Assembly: GCA_934644965.1 (NCBI GenBank)
Contig: CAKUDG010000005.1
Coordinates: forward strand, 264 to 64,263
Origin: an uncultured Victivallales bacterium
GTDB taxonomy: Bacteria > Verrucomicrobiota > Lentisphaeria > Victivallales > UBA1829
Direction: 5' to 3'
DNA length: 64,000 nucleotides
The notes under the pieces: model-generated
Databases searched by the model: none
The model's input: only the letters and a program-made list of their open reading frames with translations
What the model was told of the DNA's origin: nothing
Position numbers and translations under genes: made by a program
In this document: one piece after another, positions 60,762 to 64,000 of the stretch
Layout: every line of letters begins with the position of its first letter
Position numbering within the stretch: the stretch's first letter is position 1

Positions 60762-63700
60762 ATGCTCGATACCGACCCGCACATGGACACGGAACATAAA
60801 ATCGACAGCACCATCTCCACCGTGCAGCTCGACGTCTCCGCCATGATCCGGGACCGGGAAGCCGACGACTCCAACAACAACCCCGGCTCCCCCATCGAAC
60901 AGGAAAAACTCGACATCGATACCCGCGTGACCGCCCGCCTCACCCAGAAACCGCACGACAAATACAAATTCCGCAAAAGCATCGGGCGTGGCGGCATGAA
61001 AATGGTCCTTCAGGTAAAGGACATGGACACCACGCGTGATGTCGCCATGGCAGTTCTTCCCGATGCCGCGGCACGTCCGAGAAGAGACATCATGCGCTTT
61101 GTCCAGGAAGCACGCATCACGGCGAGTCTGGAGCATCCGAACATCGTCCCTGTCCACGACATCGGGGTGGATTCGAGCGGAGCGCCCTACTTCACCATGA
61201 AACTTCTCCGGGGAGAAACCCTTGCCTCGGTTCTGGAAAAACTCGACAGCGGCGTCCCGGAATACGTGGAAGCCTACAATCTGACGCGCCTTCTCCGCAT
61301 TTTTCTGAAGATCTGTTACGCCGTGGCTTTTGCGCATTCCCGCGGAGTGCTTCATCTGGATCTGAAGCCGGAGAACGTGCAGATCGGAGACTTCGGCGAA
61401 GTGCTGATCATGGACTGGGGCCTCGCCCGAGTCATCAAAAACGGAAGCGCCGACTCCGAAAGCGACTCCGGAACGGAATCCGGCGAGGAACTCGAAAACG
61501 AATCCCGCGACATTCCCAGCGGCGCCTTCGCCACCGTGGACGGCGTCATGAAAGGCACCCCGGGCTACATGGCGCCCGAACAGGCCGCCGGGAGAAACAG
61601 CCTCAAAGACTGCCGGACCGACATCTATGCGCTCGGCGCCATTCTCTACGCCATGGCCACATGCAAATCCCCGATTGAAAACAAAAACATCAAGGAAATG
61701 ATCCGGGACACGCTTTCCGGCAACATCATCCCTCCCCGGGAAAGGACACCGGAACGGGAAATCCCCAGCGCGCTGGAAGCCGTCATTCTGAAGGCGATGA
61801 GCACCAATCCGGACAACCGTTATTCCTCCGTCAAGGAACTCCGCAACGAGGTGTTCGCCTTCATCGGCGGATTCGCAACCGTGGCGGAACGGGCCACCTT
61901 CCTGAAGCGGACGCTCCTTTTCTTCAAGCGGCACAGCATCATTCTGAGCTTCACGGCGGCGATTCTGCTGATTCTGCTCTGCATCGGGGTTTACGCGGTG
62001 CAGGAGAAGATGCGACAGCAGGGATCGTGGTCCTGTGTCTACCGTCAGGACTTCACCCGTCCGGAAGCGGCTCAAGGGCTGCGCAATCTCATTTTCACCA
62101 ACAGCATGATTACAGAACGGACCTCTTCCTGGCCGCTCACTCCGGAGGGTCTTTCCATGCCGCTCGGGGAATGGCTCTGGCTGGATCTGCCCGTTTCCGG
62201 AAACACAAAACTGGAACTTTCTTATCATCCGGGACCGACTCTGGAGGCACTGGAGGTCTGTCTGAGTTCGAGAATGGAACCGCTCGGCCAATGGTGGCAT
62301 GTCCCGACAGGATATTCCTTCCAGTTCGGCGGATTTTCGGGGACCAGGGACATCATCTACCGCAATCTCAATGAACTCAACTCGGAACTCATCACGGCGA
62401 TGGAATCGAAGGCGAAGCCCGGACGCGTCAATACGGTCACCTTCATCCGTGAGGGCGAAACCCTTATGATCCGGACGGAAGATGGAAGCACTCTTCAGGC
62501 AACCGATCTCTTTCCCCCCACAGGGAAAAATCTGGAAAGGATCGGCATCCGGTCCTTTGCCAATTCCATGAAACTGCGTTCCATCGTGCTCTACCGTCTT
62601 GCGCTTCCGGAAAAGGCAAGTCCTCTGATCGCAGGAGATGCTCTTTCGGATGTCCAGCTTTATGAAAAGGCCATTGAAAAGTATCTCATGGTCGCGGACA
62701 GCTATTCACAGCTGCCGCTGTCGGAAATGGCCCTGACCAAGGCTTATATGACCGCGGCCTCCAAGCTCCCGGACTCCCCGCTCCGAACCGAACTGATTGT
62801 CGACATCAAACGCCGCATTGCCGCCAAACCCGCCTTCAAATACCAGGAGCAGATCATGGAAATCGACGCGCTCACACTCTGGCGAGAACAGCGTTTTCAT
62901 GAGGCTCTGGCTTATGTCAGCGATCTTCTCTCGAGGAATCCGGACACGGGAATCGTCGCAAAACTGCTTCAGCTGCCACATCAGAAACTGCCGGAGGACG
63001 TTGTCCGGGAGCTTCTCCGCTGCATTTCCCGGACCAGAAATCTGAAACGACTGGATCTTTCCAACTACGGAATCCGCTCTCTCAGTCAGCTGCAGGGACT
63101 TCCCCTCACTCATCTGGACTGCTCCGGAAATGAACTGGCCTCCCTGGACGGGATCTCCTCCATGCCGCTTGAAACGCTCGACTGCAAAAACAATCTCCTG
63201 CGCGATCTGAAACCGCTCCGCGGCATGAGACTCAAGGCCCTCTCCTGCCGGAACAATCTCATTGAGGATGTCGATTCCCTGAAAGGAATGCCGCTCCGGG
63301 ATCTGGATCTCTCCGGAAACAGGATCGCAGATCTTTCCCCGCTCGCGGGAACCTATTCTCTGGAAAGACTGGTCTGCCGGAAAAACCAGGTCCGCACGCT
63401 TGCACCCCTGGCGGATCTGAAACTCAAAAAGCTCGACACCGGCGAAAATCCGCTGGACTCGCTCGAAGCGCTCCGCGACATGGAGCTCACCTCGCTCCTG
63501 ATCGACAGGACAGAAGTGCACGATCTTTCCCCCCTGAAAGGAATGCCGCTCCACACCCTGGAACTTTATAACTGCGACCGTCTCAAAGATCTCTCGCCCG
63601 TCTTCCAGATGCCGACTCTGGAACGCCTCAGCCTGCCGCCGGAGCCTGCGGACATCCGTCCCCTGCGGGAAAGCGCTTCTCTGAAATACCTCTCCAAACG

Positions 63701-63770
63701 TTCCGTTGCCCCCTACTCCGCCGACCCGCCGGAAACCGCGGCGGAATTCTGGACCCGGAATCCCAACTAA
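60762..63770 (+). CDS. membrane Ser/Thr protein kinase with extracytoplasmic jelly-roll-like, TPR-like and leucine-rich-repeat regions
   Basis: Hanks kinase motifs IGRGGMKMV, HLDLKPENV, DWGLAR and GTPGYMAPEQ. TM segment IILSFTAAILLILLCIGVYAV. The C-terminus carries more than 10 LRRs (LKRLDLSNYGIRSLSQL...LDLSGNRIADLSPL). ATG 60762 has GAGG 10 nt upstream; TTG 60753 is also possible. Confidence 0.9.
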   Translation: MLDTDPHMDTEHKIDSTISTVQLDVSAMIRDREADDSNNNPGSPIEQEKLDIDTRVTARLTQKPHDKYKFRKSIGRGGMKMVLQVKDMDTTRDVAMAVLPDAAARPRRDIMRFVQEARITASLEHPNIVPVHDIGVDSSGAPYFTMKLLRGETLASVLEKLDSGVPEYVEAYNLTRLLRIFLKICYAVAFAHSRGVLHLDLKPENVQIGDFGEVLIMDWGLARVIKNGSADSESDSGTESGEELENESRDIPSGAFATVDGVMKGTPGYMAPEQAAGRNSLKDCRTDIYALGAILYAMATCKSPIENKNIKEMIRDTLSGNIIPPRERTPEREIPSALEAVILKAMSTNPDNRYSSVKELRNEVFAFIGGFATVAERATFLKRTLLFFKRHSIILSFTAAILLILLCIGVYAVQEKMRQQGSWSCVYRQDFTRPEAAQGLRNLIFTNSMITERTSSWPLTPEGLSMPLGEWLWLDLPVSGNTKLELSYHPGPTLEALEVCLSSRMEPLGQWWHVPTGYSFQFGGFSGTRDIIYRNLNELNSELITAMESKAKPGRVNTVTFIREGETLMIRTEDGSTLQATDLFPPTGKNLERIGIRSFANSMKLRSIVLYRLALPEKASPLIAGDALSDVQLYEKAIEKYLMVADSYSQLPLSEMALTKAYMTAASKLPDSPLRTELIVDIKRRIAAKPAFKYQEQIMEIDALTLWREQRFHEALAYVSDLLSRNPDTGIVAKLLQLPHQKLPEDVVRELLRCISRTRNLKRLDLSNYGIRSLSQLQGLPLTHLDCSGNELASLDGISSMPLETLDCKNNLLRDLKPLRGMRLKALSCRNNLIEDVDSLKGMPLRDLDLSGNRIADLSPLAGTYSLERLVCRKNQVRTLAPLADLKLKKLDTGENPLDSLEALRDMELTSLLIDRTEVHDLSPLKGMPLHTLELYNCDRLKDLSPVFQMPTLERLSLPPEPADIRPLRESASLKYLSKRSVAPYSADPPETAAEFWTRNPN

Positions 63771-63801
63771 CACTTTCCCCGTGAAAGGGAAAACAGCTGT
63801 C

Positions 63802-64000
63802 ATGTATTCCAGATCATCCATTCTGAAACGCTTCCTCCCTGCCCGGGGCGGGAACGGAAAAACGCAGGATAAAGAAAACGAAAAAGAAACGGAATCCGAT
63901 CTTGTCGTGTTCATTCACGGACTTTTCCTTTCCGGGCACGTCTTTTATCCGATGGCGCGCCATCTTGCGGCACAGGGATGGGAAGGAATCGTCTACGACT
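63802..64000 (+). CDS. alpha/beta hydrolase (5' partial, runs off the window)
   Basis: Open from ATG 63802 to the window end. DLVVFIHGLFLSGHVFYPMARHLAAQGW is a typical alpha/beta-hydrolase N-terminal strand-loop. Confidence 0.6.
   Translation, partial: MYSRSSILKRFLPARGGNGKTQDKENEKETESDLVVFIHGLFLSGHVFYPMARHLAAQGWEGIVYD

Overview
This is a 64-kb chromosomal segment, moderately GC-rich by eye (not computed). It most likely comes from a PVC-superphylum bacterium, and Lentisphaerota/Victivallales-like is my best guess. That guess rests on four paralogs of the 'prepilin N-terminus + H-X9-DG' family, a membrane Ser/Thr kinase with LRRs, and repeated AraC + Gfo/Idh/MocA + glycosidase-like loci.

I call 50 protein-coding genes (one partial at the 3' edge), one decayed gene-start relic and one tRNA-Gln(UUG). 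I saw no rRNA, CRISPR array, transposase, integrase or recognisable defence system.

Housekeeping genes: prmA, fabH, copA, hpf, rplU, purC, metX-metW, hldD, tlyA and tsaC. These are interleaved with accessory sugar/glycan loci, three AraC regulators, one IclR regulator and a 1692-aa hybrid sensor kinase.

Sigma70-like promoters (TTGAnn-N16/17-TATAnT) and several hairpin terminators can be read directly from the sequence.

Items most worth follow-up:
- A co-directional island (1.9-10.1 kb) where pseudopilin-like paralogs bracket a translationally coupled trio of secreted proteins (LamG/glycosidase-like, CBM-like and TPR).
- A radical-SAM (CX4CX2C) - LRR kinase - hydrolase operon next to an orphan terminase-small-subunit-like gene and a methyltransferase GTGA-coupled to a 573-aa unknown membrane protein.
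- An orphan plus-strand terminator with a candidate 72-aa small ORF and a 17-nt tandem repeat (27.2-27.45 kb).
- Structured leaders upstream of metX and of two pseudopilin paralogs.

Nearly every real gene carries a long antisense ORF, which I treat as a compositional artefact. All family assignments come from motif recognition by eye and need HMM or structure confirmation.
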